DNA from: Hyphomicrobiaceae bacterium
Lineage (GTDB): Bacteria; Pseudomonadota; Alphaproteobacteria; Rhizobiales; Hyphomicrobiaceae
DNA: 45,287 bases
Assembly: GCA_025350265.1 (NCBI GenBank)
Contig: JANXYD010000418.1
Location: 1-45,287, forward strand
Direction of reading: 5' to 3'
Below the pieces are notes generated by a model. It was given only the letters and a program-made list of their open reading frames with translations, was not told where the DNA came from and searched no databases. Position 1 is the stretch's first letter. Each line of letters opens with the position of its first letter. This document shows positions 18,542 through 26,265 of the stretch, in pieces. The translations under genes and the position numbers were made by a program.

Positions 18542-19509
18542 CACTCCTGTTGGCGATCGAGAGCGGAGGCGACAACTGGTCGACTGAGCGCTGGCGCAGC
18601 CACTTTGCCGACGCACTTCCCGGCCGCCGCATCGTCGTGCACGGTGCCGATGCCTATCGACCCGGCGATGTCCGCTTCGCCGCCGTGTGGAAACCGCCGC
18701 ATGGGTTATTGGCGACGCTGCCGCGTCTCGAAGTGATGTTCAATCTCGGTGCGGGCGTCGATGCGCTGCTGGCTGATCTGAGCTTGCCGGCTGTGCCCCT
18801 CGTACGCGTGATCAATGCCGACCTGGCCCAGCGCATGACCGAATACGTCACACTGCACGTGCTGCTGCATCACCGTCGATTGCCTACTCTGATACACGCT
18901 CAATCGCTGTGCCAGTGGGCACCGAAAACGCAATGGGCGGCCAGCGCCGTCCGCGTCGGCATCCTCGGCTTCGGCGCACTCGGACAGGATGCGGGCGAGG
19001 TCCTGGTGCGGCTCGGCTTTAAGGTGGCCGGTTTCACCCGTTCGCCAAAATACGACGCATCGCGCCCGCCGGACGGCATCGAAATGTTCGCGGGTGCCGC
19101 ACGGTTGCCAGCATTTCTCGCGCGCACCGATATCCTCGTGGTGCTGACGCCGCTGACGTCTGAGACACGCGGCATGCTCGACCGCCGCCTCTTTTCGCAA
19201 CTCGCCCGCGATGGCGTGCTGGGTGCGCCGGTGCTGATCAACGCCGGGCGCGGCGGCTTGCAGGTGGAGGCCGATATTCTTGCCTGTCTCGACGACGGCA
19301 CGCTGGGCGCGGCTTCGCTCGATGTCTTCGAGCGCGAGCCGTTGCCCGTTGATTCGCCGCTTTGGACCCACCCCAATGTCATCGTCACCCCACATAACGC
19401 AGCCGATAGCGATCCTGCGTCCATCGCCCTGGACATCGCCGGTCAAATCATCGACTACGAGCGCGGTGGAAAATTGCAGCACACGGTGCAGCGCGAACTA
19501 GGCTATTAG
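18538..19509 (+). CDS. D-isomer-specific 2-hydroxyacid dehydrogenase (glyoxylate/hydroxypyruvate reductase A-like)
   Basis: The GTG start overlaps the yejF stop (GTGA, 18538-18541). NAD fold GILGFGALG. Catalytic-region motifs LINAGRGG, ASLDVFEREPLP and VTPHNAA are present. Confidence 0.8.
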   Translation: MTLLLAIESGGDNWSTERWRSHFADALPGRRIVVHGADAYRPGDVRFAAVWKPPHGLLATLPRLEVMFNLGAGVDALLADLSLPAVPLVRVINADLAQRMTEYVTLHVLLHHRRLPTLIHAQSLCQWAPKTQWAASAVRVGILGFGALGQDAGEVLVRLGFKVAGFTRSPKYDASRPPDGIEMFAGAARLPAFLARTDILVVLTPLTSETRGMLDRRLFSQLARDGVLGAPVLINAGRGGLQVEADILACLDDGTLGAASLDVFEREPLPVDSPLWTHPNVIVTPHNAADSDPASIALDIAGQIIDYERGGKLQHTVQRELGY

Positions 19510-19546
19510 TCCGCGCGCCGATATTGCAGTTTCAGAGAACGCCCCG

Positions 19547-20014
19547 ATGATACAGCCGCAAGACGTTTTCAATCGCGAATACGATGCCACTACAGCCGCA
19601 TTGGACGTGTGGGCCGCAACCCTGGCCGACGTCGCCTCAATCGAACGCGAAAAGACGCCAACCTACTGGCGGCTTTCGATGCGCCCGTCGGAACCCAACG
19701 CCTGCGCGGTCGAACTGATGTTGTCGCGCAACCAGACCTACGATTTGGAACTCGCCAACGTCGCGCTCACCAACGAGCCAGTGCTGGATTTTTCGCTGTT
19801 TCGCCAACTGCTCGATGCCATCGTCGGCGGGAGTGTGATCAGCCGCAGCTGGTCGGCGCAAGCAACAGGTACGGAACTCATGCGCGAGGCGGTCGTTCCG
19901 TTGGCTGACGGGCACGACTGGCTGATCCGGCGCATCCTGCATGCGGGCACCGCACCGACCGAACTCTCGGCCCTCGCCAGCGATCACGTTTTCCTGCCGT
20001 ACCGCCGCGCATAA
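19547..20014 (+). CDS. Hypothetical protein (155 aa), no recognisable domain
   Basis: ATG start. Third-position G/C bias matches neighbouring genes, and the ORF fills the gap between the dehydrogenase gene and the convergent soxA. I see no motif I can name. Confidence 0.55.
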   Translation: MIQPQDVFNREYDATTAALDVWAATLADVASIEREKTPTYWRLSMRPSEPNACAVELMLSRNQTYDLELANVALTNEPVLDFSLFRQLLDAIVGGSVISRSWSAQATGTELMREAVVPLADGHDWLIRRILHAGTAPTELSALASDHVFLPYRRA

Positions 20015-20046
20015 CGAATGTTCTGGCGATCTTACTGCGAGCCCGC

Positions 20047-20886
20047 TCAGCGACGGACGCCCGGCGATTCCAACGGCAGATCCTTGGCGCGCCACGCGAG
20101 ATAAAGTTCCAGGGCCACATAGTCGGGACTGCCGAAGTCGAGGATCTCCGCGCGCACGCCCAGGCTGCACGCCCGCAAGCGGCGATGCAGCGAACCCAGC
20201 GTCTGCCACTCGAGCCGATACCCCGGCCAGCCGCCGGTCTGGCCCTGGCTGATCGTATCACCCCGCAACTTCGCACCGACGCTGTCATCGTGACATTGCG
20301 CGCACGACAGGTTCAATTGGCCTTGCCGCGTTGTGAAAAAGGTGCGGCCGCTGTTGAAATAAGCAGCCGCCGGCCCATCGATCTGCACGTCGCGCGGCAG
20401 CCCCCGCGATTGAACGCTCAGGTACGCGGTCAGCGACAGCAAATCCTGGCTCTCGTACGCCAGCGGAGGCGCGTGTTGATGCTCGACGAGGCACTTGTTG
20501 ATGCGAGCTTCGATATTGAGCAAGGCCCCCGTGGCAGGATCGACCTTAGGATATCCAGCAGCGACCCCTTTCATGCTCACCGTCGCATCACCGTGACAGC
20601 CAGCGCACGACTTGGCGTCCGCCCCCATCGGCACCGACCATAACTTCTCGCCCTGCTCGACCCACAGCATGGCCGGATTAGCTCCATCGTCCGCCTGCAA
20701 CGCTTGGGTGGCCTTCGACTGGAACGTAATCCCCTGCCGTGGCACCGCCGGACGCGACGCTGCCCCCGGCGCGTCCTCAGCGCGGACCGCATGCAAAAGC
20801 CCAGGCATCCCGAAAATACTGCACACCAGTATAACCGCCGCGATCCCGGCCGCCGTCTCGATTGCCGATGGCATCCGCTGCCGCAT
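20047..20886 (-). CDS. soxA: SoxA, diheme cytochrome c subunit of the SoxAX complex
   Basis: Signal peptide, two heme motifs (CAGCH, CAQCH), and the conserved distal cysteine context LHRRLRACSLGVRAE. The start lies 3 nt after the soxZ stop. Confidence 0.85.
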   Translation of the reverse strand: MRQRMPSAIETAAGIAAVILVCSIFGMPGLLHAVRAEDAPGAASRPAVPRQGITFQSKATQALQADDGANPAMLWVEQGEKLWSVPMGADAKSCAGCHGDATVSMKGVAAGYPKVDPATGALLNIEARINKCLVEHQHAPPLAYESQDLLSLTAYLSVQSRGLPRDVQIDGPAAAYFNSGRTFFTTRQGQLNLSCAQCHDDSVGAKLRGDTISQGQTGGWPGYRLEWQTLGSLHRRLRACSLGVRAEILDFGSPDYVALELYLAWRAKDLPLESPGVRR

Positions 20887-20889
20887 CGA

Positions 20890-21222
20890 TCAGGTCACCG
20901 TCAGTGTGCGGGTCTCGGTGGTGGTGACGCCGGCCAGGTCCGTCCACGCAAACACCAGATCGCCGGTCGTCGTGGCGATCGTCGTGAACGCGATGTACGG
21001 ATTGGCCGACACGCCGGTGAACATCTCCGCACTGAAAATCTCTGCGCCATCGTACGTCACGGTCAGCCCGGCGATGATGTCGCGTGGCACGATCTTGCCC
21101 GCCGAATCGCGCCGATAGCCGGTTTCCATGTCGTGCTGGATCAGCGTCTTGATGTCGATGATCACGCCGCGTGTTGCCGTTTTAGGCATCGAAATGCGCG
21201 TCGGCCGCTTCATGTCAGGCAT
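20890..21222 (-). CDS. soxZ: SoxZ, thiosulfate-oxidation carrier complex subunit
   Basis: From ATG 21222 (GGAGGA 8 nt upstream): ...IIDIKTLIQHDMETGYRRDSAGKIVPRDII...TYDGAEIFSAEMFTGVSANPYIAF... This is the canonical SoxZ pattern. Confidence 0.85.
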   Translation of the reverse strand: MPDMKRPTRISMPKTATRGVIIDIKTLIQHDMETGYRRDSAGKIVPRDIIAGLTVTYDGAEIFSAEMFTGVSANPYIAFTTIATTTGDLVFAWTDLAGVTTTETRTLTVT

Positions 21223-21247
21223 GACTTGCTTCCTCCTGCAACCGTCG

Positions 21248-21769
21248 TCAACCACCATCCAGGCACGCCGACAGCGTCACCAGCACCGGCGCTGTACCGG
21301 CCCACACAGTGCCGTCGCTCATCTCGGCGAGCGCATGCACCGCCTGCGTCGTCGCCAACCGAATATTGCTCTGCACTCGCGCCCGGCCCGCGCGTGGCCC
21401 GAGGTGGAAACGCGCGATATTGGCCAATGGGTTCTTCTCGGCCACGATATGGATCGTGGTGACGTGATCGGCAGCGGTCATGGGGCTCTCGACTTCCACC
21501 GTCATCGACACGACGTTGCCGTTTTCAGCCAACTCCGGCAGCGTGAGTTTGACGCGACCGTGCGTGATCGTCCGACCCTTGGCGATTGTCTTGATGGCCG
21601 CTTCGGCGTCGCCGTCATCGACGTAGGCAGAGCCCGCCGCCACGGCCGACGATGATGCGAGCGCCAGCGCGCCTGCGGCCACTGTCGCGGCTCCACCGAT
21701 CATAATATCACGCCGGCTTGGCTCGACCATTGCGAGAGCGCGTATTGCGTTCGTTGCAGGGCTGATCAT
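21248..21769 (-). CDS. soxY: SoxY-type sulfur carrier protein with a non-canonical C-terminal arm
   Basis: ATG 21769 (GGGAG 5 nt upstream). Tat-like SRRDIMIGG signal. LPELAENGNVVSMTVEV...IVAEKNPLANIARFHL matches SoxY. The C-terminus is ...VLVTLSACLDGG rather than the canonical ...GGCGG. Confidence 0.8.
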   Translation of the reverse strand: MISPATNAIRALAMVEPSRRDIMIGGAATVAAGALALASSSAVAAGSAYVDDGDAEAAIKTIAKGRTITHGRVKLTLPELAENGNVVSMTVEVESPMTAADHVTTIHIVAEKNPLANIARFHLGPRAGRARVQSNIRLATTQAVHALAEMSDGTVWAGTAPVLVTLSACLDGG

Positions 21770-21791
21770 CGGCACTCCCGGTCATCGACAC

Positions 21792-22274
21792 TTACTGTTT
21801 GAGAGAAACCAGATAGGCCACCACATCTTCGATCGCACTGGCGGACAGCACAGGCAGGCCTTTGAACCGTGCCGCCACCCGCGTGAGATCGTCAACCCGA
21901 TAAAATGGGGGCATCATGGTTGCGGGATTGAGCCGGCTTTGATCGACCACGCGCAGCCTGATCTGCGCCTCGCCGAGGCGGCCACCCACACCCCTGAGGT
22001 CAGGCCCGATATTGCCTTGAAACGTTTCCGCAGGCACCGGCACCTGATGGCAGATCAGGCAATTGCCGACCGCACGGTCGAGCACGATCGCGCGACCGCG
22101 CACGGCATCCCCCGGCAAGCCCGTCAACGACACGGGGATCGTATCGCCCACCACCACTATCTCGGACGGCGCGACGATACCCGGTTGCCCTTCGCCGGCA
22201 CGCCCAGCCGACAGCTGCGACGCCAGCACGCAGCAGACCGCGATCGAACCGGCACACACCACGGGAATGCGCAT
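21792..22274 (-). CDS. soxX: SoxX, monoheme cytochrome c subunit of SoxAX
   Basis: ATG 22274 with AGGAGG 4 nt upstream. Signal peptide MRIPVVCAGSIAVCCVLASQLSA, single heme motif CLICH, and GPDLRGVGGR...MPPFYR as in SoxX. Confidence 0.8.
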   Translation of the reverse strand: MRIPVVCAGSIAVCCVLASQLSAGRAGEGQPGIVAPSEIVVVGDTIPVSLTGLPGDAVRGRAIVLDRAVGNCLICHQVPVPAETFQGNIGPDLRGVGGRLGEAQIRLRVVDQSRLNPATMMPPFYRVDDLTRVAARFKGLPVLSASAIEDVVAYLVSLKQ

Positions 22275-22393
22275 CAGGCCTCCTGAACGGACCTGATAAA
22301 TAGTCATTGCCCGGCGATCGGCAAGCAGAAACGAGGGTGCGCCAACCCAATCGCGCGCCGGTATCGATTATCAGGAACAACTCAACTCGCTGC

Positions 22394-23665
22394 TCAACGG
22401 CTCATGCCAAACAACGCGGCCCCGAGCGGGCGTTCGTCGACGCGGCCCAAGCGTGGCGTTCGGCTCGGCAGACCATTGGCAACCTCGTCGAACGCCAGTG
22501 CGAAGTCCTGCGACCCCGGCTTCTGCAGGCCCGATTGCATGCGCTCGTCGAGTGCCGCGAGCAACTGGGCACCGACCTTTTCGCGCACCACCGAGTTACG
22601 ATAATACGCCGCTTCGGCAAAGAAATTCGCGGTTGGAACGGTGCGTCCGACCGATTGCATCATCTCGAGCCCGGTGCGCGGCCCGGCCAAATTCATCAAT
22701 TCCAGCTCGGCCCCGGTCAGCGTCGTCAGCCCCGCTTCCTTGGCGGCCGTTTCTAGCAGCCCCTTCAACTTCAGGACTTGCAGCCATGGGCCGATATCGG
22801 CGTCCAGATTGATCGCGTGGATACCTTGCCCAGCCGGCGTCAGCGCAAACTTCTGATGATCGCGCCATTCGTTCGGAACTGTGCGCGCTTCACGCAGCAT
22901 GGCGCGCAAAATATCGGCCTTGGCGCGGCTCGCTGGCTGTTGCATCGCCTCCAGCCGCGCGATGAAGCGCTCGCCGTGCTTGACCAGTTCGTTGACCGAA
23001 TTGGCGCTCAAAAGCTGCGCGTAGCCCATCGCCGAGGAGATCGCACGCCCCTGCCTGCTCTCCGGATCGATGCCGGCCTGCATGTCGTAGGTGCCGCGTC
23101 CGCCGGTTTCGAGCGCATAGACACGGATCACCTGATCCTTGCTCAGCCCCGCGTTCAAAGCATCGGCGGCATAGCGTCGCTTGAACTCGTGTTCGCTCGC
23201 GCGCTCGGGCACGAAGCCGTAGACAGCACGCGCGTTGCCGAGGAAATCAGCCAACGCCGCCATCGGCTTGTCCGGCTCCGACGGGGGTTTGGTCTGGGTC
23301 ACGCGCGCGGCGATGTCAGGCGCCAGTTGTGGACCAGTGTATTTTGGCGGCTGGTCGAGCACGTAGTCGTCGGCGATGTAGGTTTGGCGCGTTGCAAACT
23401 TGCGCCGGCGGTGATCGCGCCGTTCTTCGACCAGGGTCCAATAGACCTGCTGTTGGCGCTCGAAATCGGCGCGACTGACCAGATAATATCGATATGCGCG
23501 CAACTGCTGCGGCGTCAGCCCCGCCTCGATTTCAGGCGCGATCGTCACCGCACTCTGCGCTGGCGCAGCGCCTGGCCCCAGCGTCAAGGCGACAATGCAT
23601 GCCGACAGGCCCAGCATCGCAGAACGCGCTGCTGGGCGACCGTAACAGACCAGGATTTTGCGCAC
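22394..23665 (-). CDS. Hypothetical secreted protein, possibly lysozyme-like / lytic-transglycosylase fold
   Basis: 423 aa with an N-terminal signal peptide (...LTLGPGAAPAQS). Central VYALETGGRG...SSAMGYAQLLSANS resembles the MltB-type E-T-x-x-G ... G-x-x-Q-[FL]-[ML] catalytic motifs. This is a motif-level suggestion only. Confidence 0.6.
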   Translation of the reverse strand: MRKILVCYGRPAARSAMLGLSACIVALTLGPGAAPAQSAVTIAPEIEAGLTPQQLRAYRYYLVSRADFERQQQVYWTLVEERRDHRRRKFATRQTYIADDYVLDQPPKYTGPQLAPDIAARVTQTKPPSEPDKPMAALADFLGNARAVYGFVPERASEHEFKRRYAADALNAGLSKDQVIRVYALETGGRGTYDMQAGIDPESRQGRAISSAMGYAQLLSANSVNELVKHGERFIARLEAMQQPASRAKADILRAMLREARTVPNEWRDHQKFALTPAGQGIHAINLDADIGPWLQVLKLKGLLETAAKEAGLTTLTGAELELMNLAGPRTGLEMMQSVGRTVPTANFFAEAAYYRNSVVREKVGAQLLAALDERMQSGLQKPGSQDFALAFDEVANGLPSRTPRLGRVDERPLGAALFGMSR

Positions 23666-23766
23666 ACACTCTCCTCGATCTCTGCCGCATCCGTACCCAG
23701 CTACCAGATCATGGAAATCGTAAGGCCGCAGTTAACGCGGTGGTGCCCTGCGCTGACCATGGCACA

Positions 23767-24648
23767 TCATTTCAGCGCATCGAGGCGAATACCGGCGTCG
23801 CGCATTCCAGCCCTTAACGCTGCCTCGTAAAGGACGCGCGCGTAGGCGGGGCTGGCTTCCACATTGCTCGCATTCCAGGATGCGAGCAGGTTAGGGTCGT
23901 ACGTTTCCGCCAACGCGAACAGCGCATTCGGATCACCCGCCTCCGCAGTCTCCGACAGCATGGCGCGGGCCGCGAGGATATCTCCCACGGCGACGAACCG
24001 TTCGGCCACCTCGAGGATCTGCGCGGTAGTCACCAGCGCGCGCGCGTTTGGTTGGCTTGCCACCGGCATCGGCCGCTCGGTCGGCGCGACAGCCGCAAGC
24101 ACGGCGGGGCGGGGCGCCGGGGCATAACTTGTGACCAGCATCGGCTGTTCGACAGGTACCCGTGCGCCGAATGCGCCGAGCCAGAACAGCAAGCCGGCCC
24201 CCGTCACGACGCATGCAGCGGCAGAGGCGCGGATCACCAACGCGCGGCGTTCCTGACGCGACGCCTCGGCGATTTCGTCGGCCTGCTTGTACCACGCCGA
24301 CGGCAGCCGACCGGCGTCCGCGCTGGCCTTCGCCTTGGAATTGCGCTCCATCTTGCCACCATCGCTTTTTGCAGGCTGTACGCTCGAATTCGCCGCCACC
24401 CGATTTTTCGGTATCCCCAAGGGCTGGTTGCCGCTGTCTTGGGTCGGCATCTGAAGGATGGCGGCAAGGTCGAATTGTGCTGCCGCTGCGCGGGCACTGA
24501 GCGGCGACGGCATATAAGCCGGCATCGGGCTCGGAATGCCATCCGGACCTGATCGCAGGCGCGACAGCCCGGCGCTGTTTGTCGCGCGTTGATCAAGGTG
24601 CGGTCGTCGTGCCGATGTTGCATCGGCCTCTCGTTCACGTTCGCTCAT
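23767..24648 (-). CDS. Hypothetical single-pass membrane protein with a C-terminal Sel1/TPR-like repeat
   Basis: 293 aa. Disordered N-terminus, one TM segment (AAACVVTGAGLLFWLGAFGA), and C-terminal AEAGDPNALFALAETYDPNLL...YARVLYEAALRAG, which resembles a Sel1-like repeat. Confidence 0.55.
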   Translation of the reverse strand: MSEREREADATSARRPHLDQRATNSAGLSRLRSGPDGIPSPMPAYMPSPLSARAAAAQFDLAAILQMPTQDSGNQPLGIPKNRVAANSSVQPAKSDGGKMERNSKAKASADAGRLPSAWYKQADEIAEASRQERRALVIRASAAACVVTGAGLLFWLGAFGARVPVEQPMLVTSYAPAPRPAVLAAVAPTERPMPVASQPNARALVTTAQILEVAERFVAVGDILAARAMLSETAEAGDPNALFALAETYDPNLLASWNASNVEASPAYARVLYEAALRAGMRDAGIRLDALK

Positions 24649-24710
24649 ATTGGACTTACCCCCAACGCATACAAACTCGGGCCCGGCTCGGCCGGGGTCT
24701 TCGTCGCTGC

Positions 24711-24836
24711 CAGGGCGTTCCGATTCTGTGAAAGCGGAACGACCCGAGCTGTCTTTTTTTGTCGCACTTCTTTTTAGTAAACGGCTTCACAACCCGGATA
24801 CCCGTCCGGGGTGCATGCTTTATCCGGAAGCACTTT
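24711..24836. repeat. Dispersed ~125-nt intergenic element, copy A
   Basis: Aligns collinearly with 41682-41806. Shared blocks are GTTCCG..T.TG, GCG.AACGAC, AGCT, TTTTGT, CTTCTT, CTCACA.CCCGG and GTCCGGGG. An identical 21-nt core, CATGCTTTATCCGGAAGCACT, occurs at 24814-24834 and 41784-41804. Sits in a 540-bp AT-rich intergenic region. Confidence 0.6.
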
Positions 24837-25188
24837 TGGTGTGATGATCTCCTCGTTCGTTGGAGTGTGCGGCGCGTTTGGATACGAACTTGTAAATCTC
24901 AATCACGCTGGAATTATCGGATTTTCCAGTGTCCATCTTGATCGCGACGTTCGAGACGCGGTGCAGCATACTCTGACGGACTTCGCGATCACGACACTAG
25001 AAGCACTCCAATGACGCCCAAAATCCCTCTCACGTAAAAATGGCGGTAAACCCGCTCAAATTATGGCAATGTCACATGGACAAGCCGTCGATCGATTTGC
25101 CAAACTCGGGTTTGGCCGTCAGTTTTTCGCCCGGCGTCGCATTCGCAATCAATGGCGGAACCAAGACTATTTTGGGTCGGATCATCGC

Positions 25189-26124
25189 ATGAAAGCACCG
25201 GCGGCACTTACATCGGCGGAATGGTTTGAGGCCGAACGATCGGGCATCGACACCGCTCTCGCCCAGCCCGTTACGGTTCTACGACCCATCCAACAAAAAC
25301 TGCCGCTTATTTTTTGCTCGCCGCATTCGGGCAGGGTCTATACCCCGGCATTCATCGCTCGCTCGCGGCTCGACGCACTGTCGCTCCGACGCAGTGAAGA
25401 CGCCTATGTCGATCAGCTTTTTGCATCCTGCGTGGCGTTTGGTGCGCCTCTGGTGATGGCCGAGTTCCCGCGTGCCTATCTCGATGTCAACCGGGAACCC
25501 TTTGAACTTGACGCGCGGCTCCTCTGTGGCCCGCTGCCGCACGGTGCCAACACGCAGTCGGCGCGTGTAGCCGGTGGCCTCGGCACCGTGCCGCGACTGG
25601 TTGCCGATGGCGAAGACATTTATGCCGAGCGCCTGCCAGTCGACGTTGCGATGCTGCGCATCGAGCGCCTCTACCATCCCTTCCACGACGCGTTGGCTGG
25701 TTTAATCGCCGATACGCATCGCCGTTTTGGCGTCGCCATCCTTGTGGACTGTCATTCGATGCCCTCAGCCTCACCCGTTAGCGGCGCGTCACGTCGGCCA
25801 CATTTCGTCATCGGCGATCGGTTCGGTACATCGTGCGCACCCGAAGTTATGCGCACCGTGACGCGAAGCCTAGCGTCGCACGGATGGGACGTGCACTCCA
25901 ACCGGCCGTATGCAGGGGGATTCATTACCGAGCATTACGGGCGGCCCGCTCAGCGCATCCACGCCATCCAGGTCGAGATCAATCGTGCGCTTTACCTGAA
26001 CGAGACGACCTTGGAGCGGTCCGCAGACTTTGGCGAATGCGCCAGCACGATAGAAATTTTGATTGCAGCCATCGCTGCCATGGCTGAAGTCTGGATCAGC
26101 CCCTATCGGTCCGCTGCCGAGTGA
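25189..26124 (+). CDS. N-formylglutamate amidohydrolase family protein
   Basis: From ATG 25189: ...LPLIFCSPHSGRVYTP...RSEDAYVD...AEFPRAYLDVNREP.ELD...ILVDCHSMPS... is the FGase (PF05013-type) pattern. The 42 upstream codons of ORF 25063..26124 are probably non-coding. Confidence 0.85.
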   Translation: MKAPAALTSAEWFEAERSGIDTALAQPVTVLRPIQQKLPLIFCSPHSGRVYTPAFIARSRLDALSLRRSEDAYVDQLFASCVAFGAPLVMAEFPRAYLDVNREPFELDARLLCGPLPHGANTQSARVAGGLGTVPRLVADGEDIYAERLPVDVAMLRIERLYHPFHDALAGLIADTHRRFGVAILVDCHSMPSASPVSGASRRPHFVIGDRFGTSCAPEVMRTVTRSLASHGWDVHSNRPYAGGFITEHYGRPAQRIHAIQVEINRALYLNETTLERSADFGECASTIEILIAAIAAMAEVWISPYRSAAE

Positions 26125-26165
26125 TCTTATTTGTCGTCGTTCAGAAGCACCGCGACATAAACAAC

Positions 26166-26261
26166 AAAAAAAGAGCCGTTCGCAAAACGAACGGCCCAAG
26201 TCTAGGGAGGAAACGCCCAAGGAGGGCTAGTTGAAGACGAACTTAATCATCAGCAACATGT
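26166..26261 (-). ncRNA. mmgR: Candidate trans-acting sRNA of the alpha-r8 / MmgR family
   Basis: Minus-strand RNA: ...CAACUAGCCCUCCUUGGGCGUUUCCUCCCUAGACUUGGGCCGUUCGUUUUGCGAACGGCUCUUUUUUU. It ends in an 8-bp GC-rich hairpin (26175-26195) plus U7, a strong Rho-independent terminator. It contains an exact UUUCCUCCCU (26204-26213) and a second CCUCC in a small hairpin loop. It lies directly downstream of, and convergent with, an N-formylglutamate amidohydrolase gene, the synteny I recall for mmgR. The 5' end is inferred from the putative promoter and is uncertain. Confidence 0.55.
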
Positions 26262-26265
26262 AAAC

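Noticed and set aside
23758-23772. A sigma-54-like TGGCAC-N5-TT element (TGGCACATCATTTCA).
   Set aside because: The -12 element is TTCA rather than TTGC. The site also lies at the 3' end of a gene on the opposite strand, with no suitably placed downstream gene.
24820-24969. A 49-codon minus-strand ORF (MLHRVSNVAIKMDTGKSDNSSVIEIYKFVSKRAAHSNERGDHHTKSASG) in the AT-rich spacer upstream of the FGase gene.
   Set aside because: Third-position G/C is only about 50 percent, well below what neighbouring genes show. The ribosome-binding site is weak or absent, and the 3' end runs into the dispersed repeat core. More likely non-coding.
25099-25127. A hairpin (GCCAAAC-TCGG-GTTTGGC) followed by TTTTT upstream of the FGase start, considered as an attenuator or sRNA terminator.
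   Set aside because: The stem is short and A/U-rich at its base, the T-run is separated from it by 6 nt, and there is no supporting leader-peptide or antiterminator structure.
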